Assembly (NCBI GenBank): GCA_963666275.2
Contig: CAXXOA010000003.1
Coordinates: 42,653 to 106,652 of the forward strand
Source: Oceanispirochaeta sp.
GTDB lineage: Bacteria; Spirochaetota; Spirochaetia; DSM-2461
Length of the DNA stretch: 64,000 bases
Reading direction: 5' to 3'
The translations under genes were made by a program, and so were the position numbers. Below are positions 24,608 to 34,644 of the stretch, piece after piece. The stretch's first letter is position 1; each line of letters starts with the position of its first letter. The notes below the pieces were generated by a model. That model worked only from the letters and a program-made list of their open reading frames with translations. It was not told the origin of the DNA and searched no databases.

Positions 24608-26590
24608 TTGGCGAAGATCCTTCACGTGGTTCCTGATGAATCTGTTAAAAAGCTGGTTCGGGAGGCCATAGATGAACACCATCAGTACTATTCGCATATT
24701 TATCCGAAAAGGGTTTACTGTGATGTAGAACTGACCATCAGAAAAAGTGTCGATTTCGTAGAGCAAGGGGAATTTAATGCAGATGTTATTATTGCCAGGG
24801 GGCTGCTGGCAACTAAACTGAAAAAGACTCATCCCTCCATCCCCGTGGTGGAAACACCAGTTACTATCAGTGATCTGATGCTGTCTCTGCAGGAATTGAA
24901 GCAGATTAATCCCGAACCTTCCGGCATTGCTCTCATCGGACTGGGAATGATTCTCCATCAGGCGAAAGTGGCGGGAGATCTTTTCGATGTGGAATTTGAA
25001 CCAATTGATTATCTGCTTACACCAAAATCTTCGAATGTGATCGAGGAACTTTTTGAGGAAGCCCTTTCCAGGGGCTATACCTCGTTTATGGGCGGTAGCT
25101 CTCTTGTTCAACTGGCAAAAGCAAATGGATACCCAGCCAGTTTTGTTAACAGCAGCAAGGATTCCATCTGGCTTGCTCTGACAGAAGCTCAGCACATAGC
25201 CGCCATCCGGCGGGTAGAGCGGGAAAGAGCCGCCCGTTTTGAAACAATACTCAACCACTCTCTGGAAGGGATCATTGCCACCAACTCCTACCGGCGTATT
25301 ATACAGATGAATTCAGCTGCCGGAGAAGTTCTGGGGCTGGATCCTGTAAAGGCCATCGGAGCAAGGATTGAAGACCTTATCCCTGAACCCAAATTCCTTG
25401 CATTCCTGCGAAAAGACAGGAATTGCTACAATGAACTGATAAAGCTGGGAAAGAGTCGGATTGTTTTAAATAAGGTTGCCTCTTCTCTGGGGGAGGAAAC
25501 AATAGGAAATGTTTTCACCCTTCAGGATGTGAGCAATCTACAATCAACGGAAATCAAGATACGCAGTGAGCTGAACCGCCGCGGTTTGGTGGCCAAATAC
25601 AGTTTTGAAGATATTATCGGCGAGAGTTCTCAGATCAAAACAACCATAGAAAGGGCCAGGATGTTTGCCCTGGTTCCCTCCAATACTCTGATTGTAGGAG
25701 AAACCGGTACGGGGAAAGAGCTTTTTGCTCAGAGTATGCATAATGCCAGCCCCCGGAAGGATGCTCCCTTTGTGGCTGTAAACTGTGCGGCTATTCCTGA
25801 GAATCTGATGGAGAGCGAGTTTTTCGGGTATACAGGCGGTGCATTTACCGGGGCATCCAAAGAAGGTAAGATGGGTTTTTTTGAACTGGCTCATGAGGGA
25901 ACACTATTTCTGGATGAGGTTTCAGAAATTCCTTTTAAGCTGCAGAGTAAACTTCTCCGTGTTATTCAGGAAGGGGAGGTTATGAGAATCGGTCACGATA
26001 AGATTATTCCTGTCAAAGTAAGGGTTATCTGCGCGTCCAATAAAAATCTGAAACCCCTTGTCCGGGAGGGGCAGTTCCGGGAGGATCTCTATTATCGTCT
26101 TGCGGTACTGCAGCTTCAGCTTCCTCCACTGAGAAACCGCGGAAGGGATGTAGGGCTTCTGGCCGATTATTTCATCGCCCAATACTCTTCTCTTTTTTCT
26201 TCCAGAAAAAAAAGTCTTACAGACCAGGCCAGGGAGGCTCTTATAGGCAATTGCTGGGAGGGGAATATCCGGGAACTCAGGAATGTCTGTGAGCAGCTTG
26301 TCGTTCTGAACAGGTCCTACTCTGTGGGGATCGACGATGTGAAGAGTGTTATGGAGCCTGCTATGGCTTCTTCCTACTGTGAAGAACCCGGTAGGGATTC
26401 CGTCACGATACCAGGTCTGAGAAGGACCGGAGAACTGATCAGGGAGAATGAAAAAGAACTTATCCTGCAGGTTCTGGAAGAGCAGGGATATAATAGAACC
26501 AAAGCATCGGAAATCCTCGGGATTAACCGCTCCACACTCTGGAGGAAAATGAAAGAATTCGGCATAGAGTGTCGCACTACTTTAAAATAG
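24608..26590 (+). CDS. Sigma-54-dependent transcriptional activator, PrpR_N sensor + PAS + AAA+ + Fis-type HTH
   Basis: The ORF starts at ATG 24554, but that codon lies inside an operator palindrome. TTG 24608 (GGAGG 6 nt upstream) is preferred. It has a PrpR-type N-domain (ADVIIARGLLATKLKK...IPVVETPVTISDLMLSL), Walker A GETGTGKE, the GAFTGA loop (GGAFTGAS), and the C-terminal HTH NRTKASEILGINRSTLWRKMKEFGI. Confidence 0.9.
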   Translation: MAKILHVVPDESVKKLVREAIDEHHQYYSHIYPKRVYCDVELTIRKSVDFVEQGEFNADVIIARGLLATKLKKTHPSIPVVETPVTISDLMLSLQELKQINPEPSGIALIGLGMILHQAKVAGDLFDVEFEPIDYLLTPKSSNVIEELFEEALSRGYTSFMGGSSLVQLAKANGYPASFVNSSKDSIWLALTEAQHIAAIRRVERERAARFETILNHSLEGIIATNSYRRIIQMNSAAGEVLGLDPVKAIGARIEDLIPEPKFLAFLRKDRNCYNELIKLGKSRIVLNKVASSLGEETIGNVFTLQDVSNLQSTEIKIRSELNRRGLVAKYSFEDIIGESSQIKTTIERARMFALVPSNTLIVGETGTGKELFAQSMHNASPRKDAPFVAVNCAAIPENLMESEFFGYTGGAFTGASKEGKMGFFELAHEGTLFLDEVSEIPFKLQSKLLRVIQEGEVMRIGHDKIIPVKVRVICASNKNLKPLVREGQFREDLYYRLAVLQLQLPPLRNRGRDVGLLADYFIAQYSSLFSSRKKSLTDQAREALIGNCWEGNIRELRNVCEQLVVLNRSYSVGIDDVKSVMEPAMASSYCEEPGRDSVTIPGLRRTGELIRENEKELILQVLEEQGYNRTKASEILGINRSTLWRKMKEFGIECRTTLK

Positions 26591-26631
26591 TCTTTTACAG
26601 GAAAGACCAGTCCGGTGTCCTGTTCCTTCTT

Positions 26632-27048
26632 CTAAAAGATAAATAGAGCTTTAAGAAGAAGGAAAAGAAAACCCAGCCCAAGAAGTATAAAAAGTCCTTT
26701 TGTGATAAAAAGTTCTCCCGATAGGGATTTCACATTCCTTTCATGATCCTTATGCAGCGCTTTCAACGGGTAGGCCGCCAGTTTAAATGTTTTTTCAATC
26801 TGACTTGTTATTACAATAAACAGAGAACATTTTCTCTGGTAGTTTTCATGCAGGAACAGAAGTATAAATGTAAAGAAAAAACCGAAACAGGCTGCATACC
26901 GGGCATAATTAATCAGTCCTTCTTTCAGTAAAAATCCAACAGCCGTCATCAGAACAACAACCTGAGCTATGGTAGAAACCCGAATATTCAATGCGGCCGC
27001 TGAGTAATGTCTGAAGGTTGAACAGCCTTCTTTGTATGCTTCAATCAT
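26632..27048 (-). CDS. Small hypothetical membrane protein (about 3 TM helices)
   Basis: The long ORF (to 27189) would overlap the garD 3' end, so the internal ATG 27048 (MIEAYKEG...) is preferred. The SD is poor, the region is AT-rich by eye, and I recognised no motif. Confidence 0.4.
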   Translation of the reverse strand: MIEAYKEGCSTFRHYSAAALNIRVSTIAQVVVLMTAVGFLLKEGLINYARYAACFGFFFTFILLFLHENYQRKCSLFIVITSQIEKTFKLAAYPLKALHKDHERNVKSLSGELFITKGLFILLGLGFLFLLLKALFIF

Positions 27049-27100
27049 CTGAAGAGAATCTGCTGACTCCTGATTACAGTTGCTTTCCAATTGTCTTCCT

Positions 27101-28633
27101 CTAAGTGACAGGTGCCGGATTGAACAGCACCAGATCGTTTTGAATGCCCAGTTTCTCCACAGCAGAAATTTTCCTGCCGCTGGCCACATCCAGGATTAAA
27201 TGAAAGAGTTCCCATCCAATCTGTTCTATAGAGGCTTCTCCGTAGATGATTCGTCCCGCATCCAGATCGATGATATCAAACCATCTTTCAGAAAGGTCTT
27301 TCCTTGAAGAGACTTTTATTACAGGAGCCATAGGCAGACTGTACGGGGTTCCCCGCCCGGTGGAAAAAACCTGCATGGTGATCCCCGAGGCAAGCTGACA
27401 GGTACCGCAGACAAAATCGCTGGCCGGGGTTGCCGCAAAAACAAGGCCCTTTTTTGTCAGTTTTTCCCCGGGGCCCACTACGTCACTGATGCTCATGGAT
27501 CCGGATTTCACCACAGAACCCATAGCTTTTTCAACAATATTCACCAGACCGCCCCGCTTATTGCCAGGGGTTGTATTGGCGCTTCGGTCGGCACCGCCTG
27601 TGTTCAGGTATTTATCGTACCAGTCCAACTCATACATGAGTTTGTGAAAGGTTTCTTCAGTTGAACAGCGGGATGCCAGTACAGGCGCCGCATCTCGTAC
27701 TTCGGTTACTTCCGAAAAAACAGCTGTTCCTCCGGCCCGGACAATCAGATCCGCTGCGAAGCCGATTGACGGGTTCGAGGTAAGGCCTGAGAAGGCATCG
27801 CTTCCACCGCACTGCATTCCGATAACAAGGTCGGAAACCGGGCACTCCTCCCGCTTCCGCTCATTAAGCCTGGCCAGGTGTTTTCTGCCCAGATCCATAC
27901 CGGCGTCCATTATGGCCTGATAGCCTTTAAATGCTTCATCCTGCATTACCAGAGTGGAAACGGAAGGGGAGCCCGTCTCTCTGTGAAAGGTTTCCAGGTC
28001 TTTCATTTCCAGCTTTTCACAGCCCAGACCGATCATCAGAACCTCTCCGCCCAGATTGGGATTGGTAGAAAGATTTTTAACCTGCCGGATTGGTATTAAG
28101 GCGGCCGGAGCATTGATGGCCACACCGCAGCCGTATGTATGGTTCAAACCTACAATATCATCCACATTGGGATATTTCGGGAGCTCTTCCGCTTTCAGCC
28201 GTTGAACCAGCTGATTGACCATTCCCGCCACACACTGGACACTGGTGGTTATCCCGAGGATATTCCGGGTACCCGCAGAGCCGTCGGGATTCCGGTAACC
28301 CATAAAAGTATATCCTTCCAGGGGCTCTGTTTCTACAAATTCCGGAGTTTTATACTCAAGAGATCCCAGTTCCGGTGACGGGGGAATCTCCGATAGATTT
28401 TCGCTTACCCAGGAACCGGCGGGTATCCTCTGTGTCGCCGTAGCTATACACACACCGTAACGGATTACCTTCCCTCCCACCGGTATATCTGCAAGCGCTA
28501 TTTTGTGTCCCTGGGGAACATTGTCCAGAAGAGTCAGGTTCTGGGATTCCAGAATCTCTCCCGCTTTCATGCCGCTGGGGGAAACGACAACTGCGACATT
28601 ATCGTCCCTGTGAACTTTAACTGCCTGAATCAT
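27101..28633 (-). CDS. garD: Galactarate dehydratase / altronate dehydratase family (UxaA/GarD; SAF N-domain)
   Basis: The ORF extends to 28687; ATG 28633 (MIQAVKVHRDDNVAV...) gives 510 aa. It has an N-terminal SAF domain and a C-terminal GD_AH-type domain with Cys-rich blocks (NHTYGCGV, IGLGCEK, GMQCGGSD). The neighbouring gudD, garR and cdaR genes support the call. Confidence 0.85.
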   Translation of the reverse strand: MIQAVKVHRDDNVAVVVSPSGMKAGEILESQNLTLLDNVPQGHKIALADIPVGGKVIRYGVCIATATQRIPAGSWVSENLSEIPPSPELGSLEYKTPEFVETEPLEGYTFMGYRNPDGSAGTRNILGITTSVQCVAGMVNQLVQRLKAEELPKYPNVDDIVGLNHTYGCGVAINAPAALIPIRQVKNLSTNPNLGGEVLMIGLGCEKLEMKDLETFHRETGSPSVSTLVMQDEAFKGYQAIMDAGMDLGRKHLARLNERKREECPVSDLVIGMQCGGSDAFSGLTSNPSIGFAADLIVRAGGTAVFSEVTEVRDAAPVLASRCSTEETFHKLMYELDWYDKYLNTGGADRSANTTPGNKRGGLVNIVEKAMGSVVKSGSMSISDVVGPGEKLTKKGLVFAATPASDFVCGTCQLASGITMQVFSTGRGTPYSLPMAPVIKVSSRKDLSERWFDIIDLDAGRIIYGEASIEQIGWELFHLILDVASGRKISAVEKLGIQNDLVLFNPAPVT

Positions 28634-28663
28634 ATTAAATTCCTGTATAATGATATAAGGGCA

Positions 28664-28704
28664 TAAAAAAAGCAAAACTGACCCCATAAAGAGTCAGTTT
28701 TGCT
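28664..28704 (-). terminator. Hairpin plus T-run between the gudD paralog and garD (internal terminator/attenuator)
   Basis: Perfect 12-bp stem AGCAAAACTGAC...GTCAGTTTTGCT (28671-28682 / 28693-28704). On the minus strand it is followed by a T-run. Confidence 0.65.
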
Positions 28705-28719
28705 TCTCCTGTAATTTCT

Positions 28720-30060
28720 TTACCTGACCATGCAGGGTCGTTTACTGTCGAATTCCCAATTGGGGATAAGATACTGCATACTGACCGCATCATTCCTGGC
28801 TCCGAAAGGAAGCTTTTTATAGACTTCATGAGCCTTCATCACAGCATCCATGTTCAGTTCCAGTCCTAGACCGGGTGTATTGCTGATCTGAATTTTGCCG
28901 TTAACGATTTTATAGGGATTGTTTGTCAGGTGTTGCCCATCCTGCCAGATCCAGTGAGTATCCATAGCCGTAATATCTCCCGGAGCAGCTGCCGCACACT
29001 GGGCAAAGATCGCCAGAGAAATATCAAAGTGGTTATTGGAATGGGAACCCCAGGTGAGTCCCCAGTCATTAAGCACCTGAGCAATACGGACAGAACCGGA
29101 CATGGTCCAGAAATGAGGATCCGCCAGTACAATATCGATGGATTTAGCACAAATGGCGTGATAGAACTGCTTCCAGTCTGTTGCGATCATATTGGTAGCT
29201 GTAGGCAGGCCGGTCCTTGTTTTGAATTCCGCCATGGTCTCCCGTCCGGAGTATCCCGCCTCAGTCCCGCAGGGGTCTTCCGCATAGGTCAGTCCGCTGC
29301 CCTTACAGAGCTCCACCGCTTCATCCAGTTTCCAGGCGCCGTTGGGATCTATATTAATCCGGGCATCGGGAAAGGTCTTTATCAGAAGGTCTATGGCTTT
29401 CATCTCCTCGGCGCCTTCCAGAACACCGCCTTTCAGTTTGAAGTCTTTGAAACCGTATACTTCTTTCAGAGCCTGAGCCTGCTCCACAATCGATTCGGGA
29501 GTCATAAATTCATTCCGGCGGATTTTGAACCAGGGATTGGAACTGTCGCTCTCGTCTATATAGGGCAGATCGGTTTTTCTTTTATCTGCCTGGTAAAAGA
29601 GGTATCCCAGAACGACCACTTCGTCTCTCTGCTTTCCGTCTCCCAGGAGTTCGCAGACAGGAACACCGAGAAACTGTCCCCAGAGGTCAAGGAGAGCACA
29701 TTCGATAGCAGTTTCCGCATGAACAACGTCTGCCAGCTTAGCTAAAGAAAGGTTTTGGAGCCCTTCGCTTCCCTTTGTTGCCTGATTATGATTGTCAAAG
29801 AGAGTCTTAATGATCTTTCTATAGGAACTTATGGGCTGTCCAACCACAAAGGCTTTGGCATTCTCAAGAGATTTTGTGATTGCCTCTCCTCCATGAACCT
29901 CCCCTATACCTGTATTCCCGGCAGAGTCCTTTAAAATGACAATATTTCGGGTGTAATATGGTCCATGTGCCCCGCTGAGGGACATCAGCATGCTATCATT
30001 ACCAGCTACGGGAATAACAAGCATCTCTTTTACTATAGGGAATTTTTCTTTCGGACTCAC
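28720..30060 (-). CDS. Glucarate dehydratase paralog (GudX-like, enolase superfamily)
   Basis: 446 aa and collinear with GudD. It retains [47 protein letters not shown] and the C-terminal KRPCMVR. It diverges from the other copy around residues ~95-110 ([19 protein letters not shown]). Confidence 0.88.
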   Translation of the reverse strand: MSPKEKFPIVKEMLVIPVAGNDSMLMSLSGAHGPYYTRNIVILKDSAGNTGIGEVHGGEAITKSLENAKAFVVGQPISSYRKIIKTLFDNHNQATKGSEGLQNLSLAKLADVVHAETAIECALLDLWGQFLGVPVCELLGDGKQRDEVVVLGYLFYQADKRKTDLPYIDESDSSNPWFKIRRNEFMTPESIVEQAQALKEVYGFKDFKLKGGVLEGAEEMKAIDLLIKTFPDARINIDPNGAWKLDEAVELCKGSGLTYAEDPCGTEAGYSGRETMAEFKTRTGLPTATNMIATDWKQFYHAICAKSIDIVLADPHFWTMSGSVRIAQVLNDWGLTWGSHSNNHFDISLAIFAQCAAAAPGDITAMDTHWIWQDGQHLTNNPYKIVNGKIQISNTPGLGLELNMDAVMKAHEVYKKLPFGARNDAVSMQYLIPNWEFDSKRPCMVR

Positions 30061-31577
30061 TGTTCAGCTCCTTGTCTTTTTTCTTGTTCAAGTTCTTTCA
30101 CCGCTACTTTATGATTGTTAATTAGAGTCATGATCATGGAGATGACTGTAAGGACAAGAAATGTAGCACTGATCGGATGTGTAAAAACATCCCAGGCATT
30201 ACCATTAGAGTACTCAAGTCCCCTTCTCAGATTAAGTTCAAGAGCGCCTTCCAGGATAAATCCCAAAATAAAAGGGGGGGCGGGTATTTTGAATTTATTC
30301 ATCATCAACCCGATAAAACCAAATAACAGGAGACCCCACATATCGAAAACACGGTTACCAAGAGCATAGGCTCCTATTGAACAGAGAACTACGATAAGAG
30401 GGATCAGAATATGATTTGGTACCTTGAGAACCTGTACAAACATTCTCATTCCCGCCCACATCAATACAGCCATAAAGATAATACCCAGTACCATTGAAGC
30501 AAAAATGCTGAAAACAACATCGCCGTTTTGCTGGAAAAGGAGAGGGCCTGGCTGCATTCCGTGAAGCATAAATCCTCCGAGAAGAATCGCTGTTGCGCCG
30601 TCTCCGGGAATTCCGAGAGTGAGAAGGGGTATCATCGCTCCTCCAATAGAGGCATTGTTGCTGGCTTCAGAAGCAATAAGCCCATCAGGTATGCCTGTCC
30701 CATATTTTTCAGGATGTTTACTGGAGTTTTTTGCTACCGAATAGGCAATGATGTTGCTTGTGGATCCACCGATACCGGGAAGGATTCCGATTCCCAGCCC
30801 CACCAGAGAACTCCGGATCAGGTTAATCCAGTTTCCTTTCAGATCATGCCATCCGAAACCAAGCCCTTTCATTTTATACTTGAGAACTTTTACCTGCTTT
30901 TCTTTAGTGGAAGCTGTCAGAAGAACTTCTCTGATGGCATAGAGGCCCACAAGGACAACAAGAAGATGAAAACCGCTTGTCAGCTGCAGAGAACCGAAAG
31001 TATAGCGCTGAGCACCGTCAACCGGCGAAAGTCCCACCGTGGCAATCATCATTCCGAACATGGCGCTCAACAGACCTTTGACAACTGACCTTCCTGTCAG
31101 TGAGGCAATCAGTGTCAGAGCAAAGAACGTTACAGAGAAGTATTCCCAGGGGCCGAACTTCAAAGTGAGTTTGGCAAGAGCGGGAGAAGCGAAGATCATG
31201 ACGGCCACACCGATCAGAGTACCTACCAGGGAGGCAAATACGGCAATGCCCAGGGCCTTTCCGGCTTCTCCCTTCTTTGCCATGGGCGATCCTTCAAATG
31301 TGGTGGCAATCGAAGCCGGAGTCCCCGGCATATTGAGAAGGATTGCCGAAATAAGACCTCCTGAAATACCTCCGATGTATATGGCTGTCAACATGGATAA
31401 ACCCACATGACTGGCCATCACATAAGTAACAGGCAGGAACATGGAAAGCCCTGCCACCGTGGTAAGTCCGGGAAGCGCACCGAATATGATTCCCACCATT
31501 ACACCCAGAAATACCATAATGATGGTCATGGGATCAGTATAAACATTGGCAAAGCCGGATAATAACATTTCAAACAT
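30057..31577 (-). CDS. tctA: TctA large permease (second TTT system)
   Basis: The ORF extends to 31595; ATG 31577 is preferred (AGGAGA SD, no overlap with tctB). TctA blocks are present: [30 protein letters not shown]. Confidence 0.92.
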   Translation of the reverse strand: MFEMLLSGFANVYTDPMTIIMVFLGVMVGIIFGALPGLTTVAGLSMFLPVTYVMASHVGLSMLTAIYIGGISGGLISAILLNMPGTPASIATTFEGSPMAKKGEAGKALGIAVFASLVGTLIGVAVMIFASPALAKLTLKFGPWEYFSVTFFALTLIASLTGRSVVKGLLSAMFGMMIATVGLSPVDGAQRYTFGSLQLTSGFHLLVVLVGLYAIREVLLTASTKEKQVKVLKYKMKGLGFGWHDLKGNWINLIRSSLVGLGIGILPGIGGSTSNIIAYSVAKNSSKHPEKYGTGIPDGLIASEASNNASIGGAMIPLLTLGIPGDGATAILLGGFMLHGMQPGPLLFQQNGDVVFSIFASMVLGIIFMAVLMWAGMRMFVQVLKVPNHILIPLIVVLCSIGAYALGNRVFDMWGLLLFGFIGLMMNKFKIPAPPFILGFILEGALELNLRRGLEYSNGNAWDVFTHPISATFLVLTVISMIMTLINNHKVAVKELEQEKRQGAEQ

Positions 31578-31587
31578 ATTAATTCTC

Positions 31588-32157
31588 CTATCCAAAAATT
31601 CCGCTGGGAAGGAATAGAGTGAGATAATTTGTGAAAATATAGAAGATCAGGATCGAGATGCCGATGGAAAAGAGAATGATAAAGAGATACCATTTTTTCC
31701 TTTCTTCTTTATTTGTCAGTAAGATGGATTCGGCTATCAGAAACAGGGAACTTGATAAAACGAACCCCAGAGGCTGGTAGAGTGCGATGTAAATTATGAG
31801 GTAAATAAAAGAAAGAATCAGTTTAACCGGTATAACCCTATCGATTCGGGCAATTATTGATCCTTCGGGAGGTTCCATACAGGCCACTTCATCGGGATCA
31901 CAGATTTCGTCTTTGTTTTCAGTATTTTCAATTTGCAGATTTTTGATTTTTTTATCTTTCAGATACACCTGAACAATGTGAGTTATACTCAATATTATGG
32001 TAAGAACACCTAAAAGCACAGGAACAGACCGAGAATCCAATCCTCTGTTCCCGAATGGAGTGAACGTAGATATGGTGGTAGACCCTATCATATAGGCAAC
32101 AGCTAGCACGAGGAAAAAGACTCCCACTCCTATCTCGGTCTTTAAATCTTTATTCAT
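31588..32157 (-). CDS. tctB: TctB small subunit (second TTT system)
   Basis: The ORF extends to TTG 32172; ATG 32157 is preferred (GGAGA SD). It has four hydrophobic helices with a long acidic loop, and occupies the position between tctC and tctA. Confidence 0.75.
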   Translation of the reverse strand: MNKDLKTEIGVGVFFLVLAVAYMIGSTTISTFTPFGNRGLDSRSVPVLLGVLTIILSITHIVQVYLKDKKIKNLQIENTENKDEICDPDEVACMEPPEGSIIARIDRVIPVKLILSFIYLIIYIALYQPLGFVLSSSLFLIAESILLTNKEERKKWYLFIILFSIGISILIFYIFTNYLTLFLPSGIFG

Positions 32158-32186
32158 TTTGAATATCTCCAAATGGTATAGTCATA

Positions 32187-32219
32187 AAAACTGGCCTGAA
32201 TATATTTCAGGCCAGTTTT
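32187..32219 (-). other. Perfect 14-bp stem-loop between tctC and tctB of the diacid locus
   Basis: AAAACTGGCCTGAA-tata-TTTCAGGCCAGTTTT. Its position after the binding-protein gene is typical of partial terminators that raise the SBP:permease ratio. Confidence 0.6.
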
Positions 32220-32245
32220 CCTGGTAATAGAATAGATATTACTTA

Positions 32246-33235
32246 TTATTTACCCTGGAGAGTGTCGCTGATAGCCATCAGTTCTTCTCTCTGTTTGTAC
32301 CAGTGTGCTTTAGAATCGGCAACAGTCATCCATGTTACAGGCTGATACTGTTTGGCAATTTCTGCCTGGTACTGTTCGTTATTGTTAACGATCTCGCCGA
32401 CAGCGTTGCTGAATTTCTCAACAATGGCGGGATCGGTTCCTTTGGGGAAAATCATAGTGTTCATATAATCGTAACCGGCTTCGACACCCAGATCTCTAAG
32501 AGTTTTTACACCGGGAACAAATTCAGACTCTTTGTCACTGGCCAGACCGATTACTTTCAGAGTTCCATCGTTCAGATAGCTTTCCACCATACCGTAGTTC
32601 AGGGGAACTATATCAGCGTGTCCACCCAGTACTACCTGAAGTCTTTCTCCGGAACCGCCGGAAGATACAACATTCAGTTTAGCGCCTGCATTCTGCAGTC
32701 CGATAGCAATCCACATGGTAGTTGCACCGGTATTGGCTGTCAGTTTTACTTCTCCGGGATGAGCTTTTGTATATTCGATAAGTTCCGTTACATTGTTGTA
32801 AGGAGCATCTGACAGGGCAACGAGAAGTTCCGGTGATGCTTTGGAGAAGACACAGCCCACTTCAAAATCCTGAATTCCGTAATTTGCCATTCCTGCTGCT
32901 TCAGCAATGCTGAGAGACAGCTGGTGAACTAGAATAGTATATCCGTCAGCTTTGGCATCTTTTACCTGAGCCGCACCGATGGTTCCACCGCTACCGGGAA
33001 CATTGGTTACGACAACAGGCTGACCGAGGATTTCGGGCAGGTATTTTGCAACAGCGCGGGCATTGAAGTCAGAGTTACCTCCGGCAGCATAAGGAACAAT
33101 CAGATTTATCGCTTTTGTGGGATAATCCATTTCACCATCTGCAGAAGATGCCGCATCTTTCTGTCCATTTGCAAAAACAAGTGCCGTACTGGCAACAAGA
33201 AGCATCAAAGAAACAAGTAATTTTTTCCTAAACAT
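32246..33235 (-). CDS. tctC: TctC/Bug-family substrate-binding protein (second TTT system), probable sugar-diacid binder
   Basis: 329 aa with a signal peptide (MFRKKLLVSLMLLVASTALVFA) and the motifs VPYAAGGNSD and VTNVPGSGG. Confidence 0.9.
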   Translation of the reverse strand: MFRKKLLVSLMLLVASTALVFANGQKDAASSADGEMDYPTKAINLIVPYAAGGNSDFNARAVAKYLPEILGQPVVVTNVPGSGGTIGAAQVKDAKADGYTILVHQLSLSIAEAAGMANYGIQDFEVGCVFSKASPELLVALSDAPYNNVTELIEYTKAHPGEVKLTANTGATTMWIAIGLQNAGAKLNVVSSGGSGERLQVVLGGHADIVPLNYGMVESYLNDGTLKVIGLASDKESEFVPGVKTLRDLGVEAGYDYMNTMIFPKGTDPAIVEKFSNAVGEIVNNNEQYQAEIAKQYQPVTWMTVADSKAHWYKQREELMAISDTLQGK

Positions 33236-33295
33236 AAAAAACTCCCTTAATTATTTTTACAGGCTCTTGCTGGAGCCTGTATTACGCATTTGAAA

Positions 33296-34627
33296 TTACC
33301 GAACCATACAGGGCCGTTTGTTATCAAACTCCCAGCCGGGAATCAGATACTGCATTCCCGCCGAGTCATCTCTGGCGCCCAGGTTCTCCTTTTTATACAG
33401 CTCATGAGCTTTCATGATCTGATCCATATCGATTTCCACACCGAGACCCGGTTTATCGGGAATAGCAATGTGGCCGTCTCTCATCTGCAGAGGCTCTTTT
33501 GTCAACCTTTCCAGACCTTCCTGCCAGATCCAGTGAGTGTCTATAGCAGTCACACTACCGGGAACTGCTGCAGCTACATGGGTAAACATAGCCAGGGAAA
33601 TGTCGAAATGGTTGTTGGAGTGGGATCCCCAGGTAAGCCCGAAAGCATCACACATCTGTCCGACTCTTACTGAACCGGCCATGGTCCAGAAGTGGGGGTC
33701 TGCCAGGGGAATATCTACACTGTTAAGCGCTACAGAATGCTGCATCTGACGCCAGTCCGTGGCAATCATGTTGGTTGCCGTAGGCAGACCGGTCGCTTTC
33801 CGGAACTCAGCAAGGATCTCTCTTCCGGAAAATCCTTCCTCCGCGCCGCAGGGGTCTTCGCAGTAGCTCAGTATCCCATGCATGTCTTTGCATAATTCAA
33901 TGGCTTCTGCCAGCTTCCATCCTCCATTGGGGTCCAGGGTAATTCTGGCATCAGGGAAGCGTTTTTTCAGTGCTTTTATGGCTTCTATCTCTTCTTTACC
34001 TTCGAGCACGCCTCCCTTCAGCTTGAAATCCTTGAACCCGTAAATCTCACTGGAAGCTTCCGCCAGTTTGACAATAGCTTCAGGGGTCATCGCCTCTTCA
34101 TGACGGATCTTGTACCATTCTGTTTTCGAGTCTTTTTCTCTGGCATAGGGCAGGTCTGTCCTGTCTGGGTCCGCCACATAGAACAGGTAGCCCAGGACTT
34201 TGACTGCGTCTCTCTGCATGCCATCTCCCAGAAGGGAGGCAACCGGGACATTCAGGTATTTTCCCAGCAGATCCAGAAAGCAGGACTCAATAGCTGTCAC
34301 CACATGGACGGTGGTTCTCAAGTCAAAGGTCTGGAGGCCTCTTCCTTCCGCATCTCTGTCCATGAAGTTTTTCTGAACACGGTTCAGAACATTTTTATAA
34401 TCCCCCAGAGTAGATCCCACTACAATTTCTCTGGCATCCTCCAGAGTCTGGCGGATCTTTTCTCCTCCGGGAACTTCTCCAATCCCGGTTTCTCCCTTGT
34501 CAGTAGTCAGGATGACCACGTTGCGGGTAAAGTAGGGCCCGTGGGCCCCACTCAAGTTCAGGAGCATACAGTCTCTTCCTGCAACAGGAAAGACTTTCAT
34601 ATCGGCGATTACAGGTGTCGCACTCAT
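33296..34627 (-). CDS. gudD: D-glucarate dehydratase
   Basis: 443 aa. It matches E. coli GudD, as I recall it, nearly block for block: [110 protein letters not shown] and KRPCMVR. Confidence 0.95.
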   Translation of the reverse strand: MSATPVIADMKVFPVAGRDCMLLNLSGAHGPYFTRNVVILTTDKGETGIGEVPGGEKIRQTLEDAREIVVGSTLGDYKNVLNRVQKNFMDRDAEGRGLQTFDLRTTVHVVTAIESCFLDLLGKYLNVPVASLLGDGMQRDAVKVLGYLFYVADPDRTDLPYAREKDSKTEWYKIRHEEAMTPEAIVKLAEASSEIYGFKDFKLKGGVLEGKEEIEAIKALKKRFPDARITLDPNGGWKLAEAIELCKDMHGILSYCEDPCGAEEGFSGREILAEFRKATGLPTATNMIATDWRQMQHSVALNSVDIPLADPHFWTMAGSVRVGQMCDAFGLTWGSHSNNHFDISLAMFTHVAAAVPGSVTAIDTHWIWQEGLERLTKEPLQMRDGHIAIPDKPGLGVEIDMDQIMKAHELYKKENLGARDDSAGMQYLIPGWEFDNKRPCMVR

Positions 34628-34644
34628 TGAAAACTCCTATGATT

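Noticed and set aside
26632-27189. The long 185-aa form of the small membrane ORF, overlapping the garD 3' end by 89 bp.
   Set aside because: The N-terminal extension (MWPAAGKFLLWRNWAF...) overlaps garD coding sequence in another frame and looks non-coding. The shorter form from ATG 27048 is retained at low confidence.
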